Source: a candidate division WOR-3 bacterium (GTDB lineage: Bacteria > Hydrothermota > Tepidihabitantia > Tepidihabitantales > Tepidihabitantaceae). From it: a stretch of 64,000 nt of DNA. The notes under the pieces are model-generated. The model saw only the letters and a program-made list of their open reading frames with translations. It had not been told where the DNA came from and did no database searches. The translations under genes and the position numbers were made by a program. The stretch is taken from assembly GCA_965649205.1 (NCBI GenBank), contig CBFGJV010000004.1, forward strand, positions 32,001 to 96,000, in the 5' to 3' direction. Numbering within the stretch: the stretch's first letter is position 1; each line of letters opens with the position of its first letter. This document shows, in pieces, positions 37,397-51,100 of the stretch.

Positions 37397-38817
37397 TCAA
37401 AATCGCTCTCCGGATACATGGCATAACCGGCAACCAGTAAGTCCTTTTCCCCGTAGGGGTATATGGCTACTGGTCTTGCTTCGCCTACACCTTGGCCGCT
37501 GTAGCTATAGCTCCACTCCAGCTCCCCCGCAGAAGAATAGCCCAAAAGCAGTAAATCTGGCTGCCCAGTCCTACCCACTGAAGTAGCGCCCACAACTATG
37601 CCTCCCCGCTGGTCGAGACAAACAGTCCAACCCCTGTCTGCCGCGTTATGACTAGAGTTATATCGTCGCGCCCACACTATCTCGCCCTCGTACGAGAACT
37701 TCACCGTAAAAACATCGAAAGACGACCCTCTGCCTGTTGACTGCCCCGTTACAATAAGGTTACCTCCCTCATCCACACAGGCAGACTGTATAATATCAAC
37801 ACTCCCTTCCCCATCCAGAAAATGCGACCAGAGCAACTTCCCGTTGGGACTAAAACATGCCACCAGATAATCATAAGAACTCCCTAGTCGGTACTTCGTA
37901 CCAGCTAGATACACCTTCCCCTTATTGTCCAGTACTAGCTCTGGAGCCAACGCCGCTCCAGGTTGCTCGTCGGCAACCCTTCGCTGCCACAACAACTTCC
38001 CTTCCCTGTTGTACTTCAACAACAGAAGACCTGCTTGATTCTTTCCGACCGAAGCGGTTCCGGCAACATAACAGTTACCCTCCTTATCGACCGCCAGCCG
38101 GCTTGCAAACTCATCCCCTCCGTTTTTCCCTTCGTACCTCCTCACCCACATCGCTTTCCCGGAATCGTCACACCGACAAGTAAGAATATCCCAGTCCAAA
38201 ATCCGTCCCGGCGCCGAATCAACCCTCTCTGCATTTTTTTCTGCTATCTCCCTCTTACCGCTACTCCCAGTCAAGAAAAAACCACCTCCTGGACACAGGG
38301 CTATAGCCACGGCTTTATCATCTCCACGCGAGATGCCCTCCAGCCTACGCACCCAGCAGGTTTCGCCATACTGCCCGAATTTCACATACTGGTAATCCCA
38401 GCCTTCCCGCAAATCAGCAATAGTACCTCCAGCCGCCACCACTCCCTCTCCATCCCAGACTGCGCTCCAAGGCCTGTCTTCGCATCCAAGGGGAGAGCCA
38501 TATCGCCGGGACCATATTATCTTACCCATCGTATCTGCCTTCACGACGGCGAAATCAAAATCCGTAAGCCCGCCAAACGAATAGCCAAATAGATACACGT
38601 TTTGATCATGGCCCACCACTATGCCGGTACACTTATCCTCCTGGCCCACCGGCCCGTCATAACGGGTGGCAAAAAGCATCGTGGGTCCGATACTATCGCC
38701 CCCCATGACCACAGTAGAAGCAAAGAAAAAGCCCCCCAGCCAAATTACAAACAGAGCAGTAAAACCTAACAGGTCCTCACCGCTCTCTTTCTGTTGAAAC
38801 ACTCTTAATTTGAACAC
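37366..38817 (-). CDS. Beta-propeller (SBBP-repeat) protein
   Basis: Repeats of W.RRY.G....D......VD..GN.YV.G and D....KY...G...W. Confidence 0.85.
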   Translation of the reverse strand: MFKLRVFQQKESGEDLLGFTALFVIWLGGFFFASTVVMGGDSIGPTMLFATRYDGPVGQEDKCTGIVVGHDQNVYLFGYSFGGLTDFDFAVVKADTMGKIIWSRRYGSPLGCEDRPWSAVWDGEGVVAAGGTIADLREGWDYQYVKFGQYGETCWVRRLEGISRGDDKAVAIALCPGGGFFLTGSSGKREIAEKNAERVDSAPGRILDWDILTCRCDDSGKAMWVRRYEGKNGGDEFASRLAVDKEGNCYVAGTASVGKNQAGLLLLKYNREGKLLWQRRVADEQPGAALAPELVLDNKGKVYLAGTKYRLGSSYDYLVACFSPNGKLLWSHFLDGEGSVDIIQSACVDEGGNLIVTGQSTGRGSSFDVFTVKFSYEGEIVWARRYNSSHNAADRGWTVCLDQRGGIVVGATSVGRTGQPDLLLLGYSSAGELEWSYSYSGQGVGEARPVAIYPYGEKDLLVAGYAMYPESDFDYLLLRLRLE

Positions 38818-38822
38818 GAGCG

Positions 38823-38901
38823 ATTCTAGAATCGGCTATCTTGCTGTCAACGGGCAGTACCGTCCCACTGAACTTGACAAATACCCTCCGCCCGTTATTG
38901 T
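38823..38901. promoter_or_regulatory. Divergent sigma70-type promoters
   Basis: Minus: TTGACA (38850-38845), N16, TAGAAT. Plus: TTGACA (38874-38879), N16, TATTGT. Confidence 0.7.
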
Positions 38902-39130
38902 ATTTATGCATCGAGAGACAAAAAAACCGGCCCGGCGGCAGTCGGGCATCGGGCGTGTAATTGTCTGACGTGGGACGGACAATCCAGGTCGCGGGACATA
39001 GCCCAAGTCCTTCGGGTTCGTGTCCCATGGCCGTAGTGAGAGCGAAACACGGTGGTTCGAGAAGAGGCCGGCAGGCGGCCGCAGTCGCTTGTCGGTAAGG
39101 AAGGCCGCAAACAGACCTGACGGAGGAACG

Positions 39131-42100
39131 ATGCGACGGAGCAAAGTAGTCCTGATAGCAGTGCTCGCGACCGGCCTGTCCGTAACAGCTTTCGCAACAA
39201 CAATCACCAGCGCACCGGGCGGAGGTAACTGGAGCAACAACGCCACCTGAGTCGAATTGAGAACTCCATCACCGACGGATACAGTCTACATCGTATCGAA
39301 TGTTACCTACGATGCCGGCTCGGCGACCATGGCGGTACGCATGGAGGTGAGTTCTTCACTTACACTGTCAGCCAACAGCGCGCTTTCCCTCATGACCTCG
39401 GGCGAAGGGGATACTGCTCTCTGGATAAGAGGTACGGGAGCCGTCTCGAGGTCAAACACTGCATCATTGCACGCTTGGGGGGATTTTGTCAACGAGGGTA
39501 CATACACCCAGACCAGCAGTGGCGACCTGAAGGTGTTTGGGGCAATAACGAACTCGGGGACCTTCACCGTGAGCGGTACGTCCACAGTGACCGTAGAGAA
39601 CCTCTGCTGGAACAAGGCGGGTGGTATCATCCAGCGCACTACGTCGAACAGCACAGGTACTTTCACGCTCAAGGGAGGGTTCCGTAACGATGGGCAGTAC
39701 ACCGCTACTGCGGCCAACAGTCCGCTTGTTGTGGGGTCGTCGGCGACCTACACCGGCGATTTCACCAATAACGGGACATTCTCCAACGGCGCTGGCTCAC
39801 TTACCTTCTACGCCAACTTCACCAACAACCAGTCCGGGGCGGATTTCGGGACCGGTACAGCAACTTTTGCCGGGTAGAGTGATGCTACTCTGGACGGCAC
39901 GGCCACGACTACGTTCAACTCGATTGTGGTGGACAAGGCAGGTTCCACCCTGTACCTGGGCACCAAGTTCAGGCAGAGCAATGCGTCGGATAGCCTCAAG
40001 GGCAAGCTTGTTACCAACGGTTGTGACCTGACCGTGAAGGGCAAGACCACCGGTGCCTCAGTCGGCATTCTCGACATAACAACATCAGAACTAGACGGCA
40101 CTTCCAGTCTGTGCAGTCTGGCAACACTGGACCAGAGTCAGGGGAAGCTGCGCCAGGTACTGGTGGAGGGAGCGGGCGCGACCGTGTATATCTCAGGTAC
40201 GCATACCCTCAACTACGACGGGCATCCCGTGGTGAATTACTTCCTGGTGAGCGGCAGTGGAGCCACGGTCACCTACCTGACCGGCGGACTGGCGCTTGGT
40301 CTGACCATTAGCTCCGGCGTGAACACGACCGGCTGTGGCTGGCGTGCGTCTGACGGAACCGTGAACTTCTACGGGAACATAACCGCGACATTTGCAGGCT
40401 CCAGCCGCGCCGTGCTGTTCGACGCGTCCGGTGCCAACGTGAACCTGATTGGTCCTCCTGCCAGTGTTGACTTTGCCCTGACGAATGCAGGTTCTGTGTA
40501 CTGGGACTTTGGCAATCTTAGTATCAATAAGGCTACAGGTGCCAGCGTCACATTTAAAAGCAGTATGGCGGTATCTGGATTGGTGCGCGCTTCAGGCGGG
40601 TTGACGGTGTGCGCAGACAACACTTTGGACCTGCAGGGCGTCTTTGCTGTTCCGTCGGGATACGAGTTCGCATCGGTTGTGAACAATGGAACGATTACTA
40701 GAACAACCGGCACGAACAACAACATCCGGGTCACAGGTACATTCACAAACAACGATACGTTCACAAACAGCCTTGGCACGTGCCTGTTGAGGTTTGATGG
40801 TGACTTCAGCAACAGCGGAGGATTCACCAACGGTGGCGCGGCGGCGGATATGACGTTTGGCGGTACGCTCACGAACTCGGGCCATTTCGGAATCGTCAAT
40901 ACTGCCAGTCTGACCGCGAACGGCCTTGTCTGGAACAAGCCGGGCGGTCAGATGCAACGCAGTAACGCGGCCAGCACAGGCGCATTTGACTGCAACGCCG
41001 GGTTCACAAATGACGGGCAGTACTCCGCAACGGTCGCGGCCAGCCCATTGCGGGTACTGAACGGAAGCGCGTTCGTGAACTCGGGTACCTTCACGAACAG
41101 CGCAGGGAATGTTACCATCTCGGGTACGTGCACCAACTCAGGGACCATTGACCAGGTAGCGTACACAGCTTCGGGCACTTTGACTTTCACTGGCGCGTTT
41201 GAGAACACCTCAACCGGCATTTTCAGAGACCGATTCCAGGGTGCGGGCGGGGCGAGCAGGACGTTCGGTAGTTCGTCGACAACCGCAGGCACTTTTGAAA
41301 TCAACAACACTTCCAGTCTCAGTGTAGCTGGGCTTGTCTGGAACAAGCCGGGCGGCAGTCTTCGGCTTCTATCCGGCACCAGCGCTGCCGGCTTCAACGG
41401 GGGTCTTACGAATGATGGAACGTACACGAACTCAGCTAACTGCAATGTATCCGTCACAGGAAACCTTGAAAACAGCAGCAGCTTCAGCGCAGGGACAGGC
41501 ACGTACACGCTGAGTGGTTCCTCGTGGACCATATCTGGCACGCTCACAATACCCACTTTGACAGTCAATGGTTCCTACACCAACAATGGCAATCTGACCG
41601 TCAGTACCACGCTCGCCGGAACAGGCACACTCACCAATGGGGCAGGCGCAATGCTGGTTCTGAGCGGTACCGCAACCATCTCGAACCTGAACGCCACCGC
41701 AAGTGACAACACGGTGAACTACAACGGCGGAGACCAAACGGTCCTCAATGCTCGTTACTATAACCTTACGCTGAGCGGCTCTCTAACAAAGACGCTTCAG
41801 ACGGGCACCAATTACATTGATGGGAATCTGGTGCTGTCCGGCTCAACCAGGGTCTCCACGGTAGCAGCTCCGCTGACCGTGTCAGGCGACGTGTCAGTAG
41901 CCGCCGGGTGCAGTCTGAAACTCGCCACGACCAGTAACTTCACGGCAACAGGCACGACCAGCATAACAGGAACGCCGGCCTTCGTGACCGCGGCAGGAGG
42001 CAGTAAGACCTTTGGCAATGTCATCGTCAACGCGGGCAGCAGGTGGCTGAACAACACGGTGAACTCCTCGGTAGAAATAACAGGCAACCTGGCCAACTAT

Positions 42101-45100
42101 GGTACATTCACCGCTGGTTCCGGAGTTTACTACTTCACCGGAACGGGACAGACTGTTTCGGGCACGTTTACCATCCCGAGCGTGTCGCTGACCAACGCTG
42201 TGACGAACAAAGGCACGCTGACCATATCCGGCAACGCTTCCGGTGGTTCCCTGGTGAATGATGTCAACAGCAAGCTGTATCTTGGTGTGACATCTCTGCT
42301 TACTACTGCCCTGGACGCGGACGCGAATCCAAACACCGTGGTCTACAACGGAACCGGGGCGCAATATGCGAAGCCGGGGTGTGTACCATCATCTTACAAT
42401 CAATAGCAGTAATGTCGTCACGCTGGGAGGAGCGATTACTGTCAACGGCGACCTTACGGTGGCCGCGGGGACGCTCTCGGACGGCGGGTACCAGATAACC
42501 GGAGCGACAGACGGAGCCGGAACCCTCACCGTGGGTTCCGGTGCTACCCTCAAACTGGGTGCCGACGCGGCCACCACGTTTCCGACTAACTTCGCCAGCG
42601 TGATATTGACCGGCGGTACGGTGGAGTACGCCAGCAACGACCCTGACCAGATAGTTGAGGCAGGTTTGACCTACCACAACCTCACGCTGAGTGGTGTGTC
42701 CAAGACCGCTGTCGGTGACCTGACAGTCAATAACACGCTGTCCATCAACGCTCCATTCAACGATGGCGGGTACACAATTACGGTCAAGGGACCGGTGTCC
42801 AACTCAATGTATCATTCCAGTACCGGGTCAGGAAAACTGCTTCTGACCGGCAGTTCCGGGCCGCGCACGATTGCCACAACCGGCGCATACGGCAACCTGG
42901 AGATTGACGACGCAAACGGTGTGACAGCAGGCGCAGGGTTCAACATCAACGGCAAACTCACTGTCACATCAGGCACGTTCACTCTGGGCGCCTTTCCCTA
43001 TCAGGTCAGCGGAGCGACCAGCGTCTCGGGAACGCTGGCCATCTGCTCAGCTACTGGTGCGAAGGTCTTCGGCGCTGTTACCATCAACGGCCCGGGCACG
43101 TGGAGCAACAGCTCAGCCAACTGCCCGGTGACGATACTGGGGAACTTCACCAACAACGTGACGACGGGCGATTTCAATTCCGGAACCGGCACGTATACCT
43201 TCGGTTCGGGAACGATCGGAAGGTCAGCCGCTACCCCGATAACGAATGTTACCATAGGCGGGCCGGTAACAAATGAGGGGAACCTGACCTGCGGAACGCT
43301 TACCGTCAATGCCAGCCTGACTAACAATGCTACGTTGACTGCCACCGCTTCTTTGACGGGTCCGGGAACTCTCGTCAACTCCGCAACTGGAGTCCTGTAC
43401 TTGACCGGCACGACAACCTTCACGACCCTGACAGCCACCGCGGCCGGGAACACGGTGGTGTACAACAGTACCTCCGGAGCACAGACCATCAAGGGGACGA
43501 CCTAACACAACTTGACTATCAGCAAGAATGGACAGACCGGCACGCTGGGCGGAGCCACAACTGTCAACGGAACGCTCAGCATCACTTCGGGGAGCACGCT
43601 GGCCCTGTCCTCCAACACACTCACCATCAACAGCGATTTCACAAACGTCAACGGCGCGACCATCAGCCAGAACGGTGCTGGTGGCAATATGACGGTGAAC
43701 GGCGCGTACACGAATCACGGCCTGCACAGCGTCACGAACACGGGTACGCTGACCGTTACCGGGCTCCTTACCAACTGCGCAGACGGCACCATCACGCGCG
43801 GAGCTTCCAGTACCGGCGCCTGGAACCTGAGCGGCGGGTTCACCAACCAGGGTACGTATACCGCCGCAACCACGACCAGTCCTTTGACCCTGGGCGCTTC
43901 CAGCCCGTTTGCGAACACTGGTCGCTTCACCAATACGGGCGGCGGTACGCTTACCTTCAACAACACACTCACGAACAACGGCGACTTCTATCATGTCGCT
44001 ACTTCAGCCATAACTGTGGCTGGAGCGTTCGTGAATACCGATTCGTTCCATGTGCAGTCCGGGTCCGGTGCGGTCACCTTCTCCAGCACCTTCTCCAACT
44101 CTGGTGTCTTCTCCTACAACGGCACCGGCGCTTTGACTGTGACAGGACTGGCGACGAACACGGGGACCGGACTTATCAACCGCGCAGCCGCCTCCGCCTT
44201 CACCTTCAACGGCGGGTTCACGAACGACGGCACATACGCAACAACCGACGGCGTGGCCACCCCTCTGACACTGGGTACTTCCAGTCCATTCATTCAGGGC
44301 GCGACGGGCGTGTTCACCAATACCAACGGTGCCCTGTCCTTCGGCAGTACCTTCTCCAACTCAGGCAGGTTCACGACGACTGGGACGGGCAACGTCACCT
44401 TCACCGGCCTTGCCACCAATGATGCCACCGGCACAATGGAACGAGCCACAGGTTCGACCGGAACCTATACCTTCAACGGCGGGTTCACCAATAACGGTAC
44501 GTTCAGGAACGCGACTACCACCGCCGGTTTCACGGTAGGTACCGCCGCCGGGGTGGGAGGTTTCACAAACGGCTCCGGCTCTAACTTTGACAACTCGGGA
44601 AACGCCACTCTGACCTTCAACGGTGACTTCGTTAACAACGATGAAGACCCGAACTGGGGGACAGCTACGATAGTGTTTCAGGGCACAGCCAGTACATCCC
44701 TGGGTGGAACTCAGTCGCCAGGCTTCACCCGGCTGCAGGTGAACAAGACCGGTGCGCCTTTGCCCTCCCTGACAATGAACACAAGCCTGACAAGTTCCGA
44801 CCTGGTGCTGACATCGGGCTATCTAGCCACGAACGGGTACAACCTGACGGTGAACGACTCAGTTCTGGGTGCGGCGGCAGGCATTCTGAACATCACTGGC
44901 GCTGCGTTCAAAGATGCGGCCAGCACCGTGACAGTGAAGACCCTGTGGCAGGGCGCGACGACCGGTGTGGGGCAGGTACTGGTAGCGGGTGACGGCGCAA
45001 CTCTGAACATCACCGACCAGCACATCCTGAACTACGGCGGAGCGATTAAAACAAACTACTTCCTGTTGAGCGGCGCGGATGCGACGGTGAACTATCAGAA

Positions 45101-48100
45101 CGCTTCGGGCACGGGCAACTCCGCATCTCTTGTGCTCACCACTTCGAGCGGGACCAATGCAACCACCTGCGGCTGGTTCGCCACAGCGGGCACGGTGAAC
45201 TTCTACGGCAACATCTACTCGCCTTATGCAGCCGCGAATAACTACCAGTATTTCAAGGCGGACGCCGGCGCAACAGTCAGGTTCATCGGCAGTTCTCCGT
45301 CAGAGGTCAACCTGGCTGTTACGGCCGCACCCAACAGCGGCCGCGCCACTTGGGACTTTGGCACTTTGCAGATTGCCAAGACGGGTTCACCGGCTCCCGC
45401 GGTGACCATCACCTCAATGGCTACAAATTTGTATACAAACGTGAATGTATCCGGTGGTGTCACTGTGAATGCAGACAACACGCTGAGCTTGGAAGGGAAG
45501 TTCTATTCTGCCAGCTACGGATACAACCTGCCTGGCGGAATCGTAAATGACGGGACGGTACGGGCGCCGGCCGGTATGAACGGCAAGCTTTCCTCGGGTT
45601 CCATCGTCAATAGGGGTTCGTTCGTCGTCTCTACCAGCAGTACTGTCTTCACGGGACCGGCATACAATAGCTTAACAGGTTCCGCATCACTAGGGGGTGG
45701 TAACATTACTTTCAATAGCACTTTCACCAACGACGGGTGTTTCGTTTGTTCAACAGCTGCTTGGAACGTTATAATGTTCCAAGGCAGCTTCTGCAACGGT
45801 GCGACCGCCCAGTTCAGCGTCGTCACGAACAGAAGCTGGGTGTACTTTTGTGATGACGTGAGAAACGAACAGCCGAAACCACTGTGGCCACGTTGGGTAT
45901 CTTTCAAAGGAGGTCAGAAGACACTTTCAGGTGCAGTCACGCAGTGCTTTAACAAGATAATAATATATCCGTACACAACTCGCGGATACTGCAGTCGAAC
46001 GTAGTGGTCCAAGAGACACTTAACATGCCTGGGAGTCTGTATACAAACGGTCGAGACTTAACCGTCGGCGCCCCGCTAGCCGCGGGCGGAGCTTTGTATG
46101 TAACAGATGGCACAGACTGCGGCCTCGCCAGCACGGTGAATCTCAAGTATATTAGCCCAACTTATGGTGACGTCAGCGTGTTTGTGACAGGTACGCAGGC
46201 AATCTTGAACATAGCCGGTACGCACAGGCTCGCCTGGCAGTATGGGTCGAGTGAACCGCGGTTCGTACTGTCTGGTTCAGGAGCAACTGTGAACTATACG
46301 AATACCACAGGAACAGGGTATAACTCGTCGTTGGTGCTGACTTCTTTTGGAAGTGGACCACAATTGGGGAGTGGCTGGTTTGCGACTGCGGGCACGGTGA
46401 ATTTCTACGGTAACATATACTCGCCGTACGAAAACTCCAGCTACCGGCAGTATTTCCAGGCGTCTCCCGCCGCTACTATCAGATTTGTTGGCTCAAAGCC
46501 CATCTGAGGTCAACCTTGCGGTCACGGCCGCGCCCAATCCGGGTGTTGCCGTGTGGGATTTCGAAACTATGCAGGTGGCGAAGACGGGAAGCGGAGTCGT
46601 ATTCACGTCCGATGTGGCCGACATCAATGTACTGGTGAAGGCTTCCGGCGGGGTAACCGTGAGCCCGGGGAACACCCTGAGTCTGCAGGGGCAGTTCAAG
46701 GCTGGTAACTACGGGTACGACTTTTCCGGCGGGCCCACGACAAACAATGGTTCTATTCTTCGTCCAGGTACGGCTACCGCGGCCAATACCCACTTGACAA
46801 CCGGCGCTTTCACGAACAACGGCACCTTCAGTACGACCACAACGATGCCGGTGAACCTGACCGTGGACGGCGATTTCGTGAATTCGTCCACGGCCACGTT
46901 TGACAATACTGCGGACGGAGACTTGTTCTTCAACGGCAACTTCCGCAACGACCAGCCCGACCCGGCAAAGGCGAAATGGAGCACATCCACGGCAACCAGC
47001 ACGGTGACCTTTGGCGGCTCGGAGAACACAGAGGTGCGCAATGCGGCGTCGTATCTTGTTCTGGACTGCAACGCGGCAGTAGCCAAGGGCGAAATTGACA
47101 AGACTGTGACTCTGTATTGCGGGCTGAACCTGCAGAAGGAGAACCGCACCCTGAACATTACCTCCGGAACCCTCGTGACCAACGGCAGGAGCATATTTGC
47201 CTACCAGCCAGGCTGTCGTGTAACGGGCGGACCGGCTGGAAGACTCCGGATAACTGATGCTTTCGGGGCCGCGGACCTGGCAGGCGAGCCAGACGCAAGC
47301 AGTGTGAATGTACTGGACCTGTTCCAGGGGCCGGGCGGACTCAAGGAGGTTATACAGGAAGGCACCGGCACGCTCACGATTGACGGCACGCACAGTCTTC
47401 ACTATTCGAGTTCCGGAAACACATTCACGCTCAAGTCAGGGGTGGTCAGCTACACCGGACTTGGCGCCGGGGCTAATTCGGCTCTGTACCTCTCAAGCGG
47501 CTCGGCCCTGCTCTCTCCACCGGATGCGAGCGGCTGGTTGGCCACCGGCGGAACGGCAAGCTTCAGCGGCAACATCTACGCAGAGTACGGCACTGAAGGA
47601 TATGCTTCCGTGTTTCAGGCTCAGAGCCCGGCGGCGGTCAGATTCACCGGGAGCCAGCCGGCCACGATTGAGCTCGCGGGGACAAACAGCCCATCCGGTC
47701 CGGTGTGGTCATTCGGGGACCTGAAAGTTCAGAAGACGTCTTCTTCACTGACCGTCGGGTCGAGCAACGCACTCAGGGAGGCATCGGTTGTTGCCGGGTC
47801 CGTAACCGTGAACTCCGGCTCGACACTGAACCTGGCCGGAGACTTTGACGCAAGTCACTGCTACGACATAACCGGAGGTGTCACCAATAACGGTGCGCTG
47901 GCGATGCTGGCAGGCACGAACAACAACCTGTACGTGGGCGGAGGCTGGTCCGGTACAGGCGTTTTCACGCACGCCGGCAAACCGGTGACGTTCTATGGGG
48001 ACGAGGCCGCGACCATCTCCATACCAAACTCGTCATTCTACGACCTGGCAATAAGAAAGGGTTCCGGCAGTCTCTCGATGTCAGGTGCGGTGAAGGTTGA

Positions 48101-51100
48101 GAATGACCTTAGTGTAGAAAGTGGTAGCTTCCTGGTCGGACCAAACACGCTTACCCTCGGCACCGGTGACGGCTCTGGAAGCGTGACGGTGCAGAGCGGT
48201 GCTACCTTCTCTGCGGTCGGTACAACAGGCTCAGGGCTGCCTTCGAGCCTCTCAGGGGACATGACGGGTGTTCGGACAGATGCGCTCGCCACCGTAACAG
48301 CGGCCGCGGAGTCGCGCCCTTTCAGCTTCACGGTAGAGGACGGCGGCACCATAGCGGCAGGTAACGCCCGGTTCCTGTACCCGGGCACGAACGGTGTCTA
48401 CGTTGCCAAGGGAGCAATCATTGCTCCGGCTCCGGACAACTTCTCGTGTTGTTCCTTTGACCATGGCGCCATCACTGGTCCGATGCTGCGAATAGAAAAC
48501 GAGGATGCGTTCACGATTGCCAATCCGGACTTCAACGGCACAGCACCGCAGGGTTCTGCGTTCAATCTACAAAAGACGGCGACCTCGGGCAGGATTGACG
48601 TCGCAGGAGGAACCGGCACGCGGTGGGGAGAGGCCTTCGATGCTGATGAGAACGACCTCATCGTATGGCACAACGGCTCGGATGCGGCCTGTCTGGTTGT
48701 GTTCGCCCCAACTGGTTTTGTTGATTCAGGTGCAAGCGTCACCCCGGCCTGTTCGGTGCACAACTACGGCACCAACGCGGCCAGCTTTGACGTGAAGATG
48801 AACATCGGGACCGCCGTGGGCACCGCGCGGGTTGACGACCTTGCTCCGGGCACAGGCAAGCGCGTGAACCTGTCACCTGACTTGGTGGCCAACGTACCTC
48901 CCGGCAGGTTTTCCGTGAAGTGCTCCACCCGGCTGGACGGCGACCAGGACCAGGAGAATGACCGGCAAGGACCTTATGACATTCTGGTAGTGAAACGAGA
49001 TGTGCGGCCAGTTTCAGTCGTTGCGCCGTCCGGTACATACGCCAAGGGCACGGAAATACGACCCGAAGCGGTGTGGCAGAACGAAGGTAATCTGGCTGCG
49101 GAGTTTGTCGCCTGGATGATTGTTTCCGACCCGACCGACATAGAGCGGTACAGATGCAGCAAGGAAGTGAACGCAGGCGCAGGCCCGGGTAGAGCGGTCT
49201 CGGTTCTGTTCGACGATGTGCTCATCCCGGATCGCCCGGGCACCTGGACCATCCGTTGCAGCACCGCATACCAGGGCGATATGCTTCCAGATAATGACCA
49301 GATTGTATCGGAGTTCGACGTCACGACAAGGGACGTGGCTGTTGCGTCAGTTGTGACGCCAACGCCTGGCAAGACGTATCTGCCGGGTGAGGCTTTAGTC
49401 CCGGAGGCAACCTGGAAGAGCTACAGCACGTCCGAACCGGCTGACTTCTGGGCGTGGATGACGATCTTCGAGCCTGAAGTCAGGTCTCCGGCTGAATTCT
49501 CAGCAAACCAACCCGGCACTGCCCTGAACGGTCTTCACTATCGCGACAGCCTGTTTGTTACCGGGCTTGCGGCCGGCAGGGACACTTCCTTGCAGTTCTC
49601 ACCAGCCAAGCCGCTCACGTTCTCCGGCACCTGGACCGTGCGTTGCAGTACCTTCTACACTGGCGACCTGGAACCTGAAGACGATACGGTCAGCTCCTGG
49701 TTTACTGTTGGTGCGCCGGATATCGAAGTAGTTTCCATCATTGCGCCGGCAGGAGCGGTGGAGACGAGCGCTGTGGTCCTGCCCAAAGCCTTGTTGGCCA
49801 ATCGCGGTGACTGTATCTTGACCTTCCAGGCCAGGTTCACTATATGGAGTCCGGCAGACGGTCCGGGGTCGCCGACGTATGACGAGACAGTCGTGGTGGG
49901 AGGACTCGAAGTTGGTGCGGAAAGCACGGTGGTCTTTTCGCAGTTCAGGCCGTCAGGTATGCTGGGAGCTTGGACTGCGAGGTGCACGGTGCTTGTGTCT
50001 GGTGACCGTTCTCCCGATAATGACGCAAAGTATGGTGCGTTTGATGTCACCTGGCCTTTGGAATGGCTGTCCGTGACGGATATGACCTCGAAGCCGTCGG
50101 AAAAGGCAACCAAGGACGGAGCGTGGCTGGCGGTTGGACCGGACGGGCCGAAGTTCAAGGCTCAAGGGTCAATGCTCGAAACCGGAGCTTCGAAATCCCG
50201 GGCGAATGGAGGCAAGCTGTCAGCCAGAAGCGTGATATATGCTGCGAAGGGCAACAAATCATACGACTTCTACAAGTACTACCCAGCAAAAGATAGCTGG
50301 GTCACTCTGTTGCCTATACCGGATACAGAGCCTACGTTGGGCAAGCCTAAGCCGTTGTCCAAAGGTTCCTGTGCGGTATCGGATGGCAAGGACTACCTGT
50401 ATATGCTCAAGGGTAACAATACACAGGGGTTCTGGCGCTACCGAATAGAAGACGGTAAGTGGGACACGTTGACCCGCTCTCCGCAGAAGATAAAGGGCGG
50501 CAATGATGTGGCTTACGTGAACCACAACGGTAAGGAGTACGTGTATCTGCTGGCCGGTGGTAAGACAGCGTTCTTCCGTTTTGACATAGAGTCGGGGCTG
50601 TGGACCGAGATGGAAAGCGTACCCTACGGCGGAAACAAAAAGAAGTACGGGGCAGGTTCGTTTCTGGTGTATGACGGGCTGTACACCATCTATGCGCACC
50701 AGGCAAATGTAGTCGGGCCGGATTCAAATCACTATATGTATCGCTATGACCTGGCAGACGAGAAATGGGATAAGACGGAGTACAATGGTCTCCCCTGGTT
50801 TGGCACCGAGGATGGGAGCGAGGGCAAGAAGAAGAAGTCAAAGGACGGTGCAGCTGGAGCGTGGCATCTGGGAAAAATCTACGCGCTGAAGGGCGGAGGC
50901 TCGCAGGGTTTCTACCAGTACAACCCGGGCGCGGATATGAGTGGGCTGAACTTGAGACAGTACCGCGGACAGGCTCAGGCGGCAAGAAGGCGGTGAAAGG
51001 CGGCGCAGACCTGGTGTATTGGGACTTGAGTGCGTTCTACGCGCTGAAGGGTAACAAGACTCTTGAGATGTGGCGGTACGTGGGGCCGTCACCTTACAGC

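Noticed and set aside
39248..39250. In-frame TGA in the giant gene as selenocysteine or UGA=Trp recoding
   Set aside because: No hairpin follows it and the context predicts Trp (TGG to TGA). The same gene also has TAG, TAA and frameshift lesions, and TGA is an ordinary stop for many genes in this window.
39875..39877. In-frame TAG as pyrrolysine or stop-codon reassignment
   Set aside because: It is an isolated case within a multiply disrupted gene; TAG ends normal genes such as pdxA and glnA, and no pyl genes are visible.
39300..50990. Many long minus-strand ORFs over the giant gene, and similar ones over the protease, glnA and Kelch genes
   Set aside because: They are antisense shadows of biased codon usage (Val/Pro/Leu-rich mirror of Thr/Gly/Asn codons), with no motifs or RBS.
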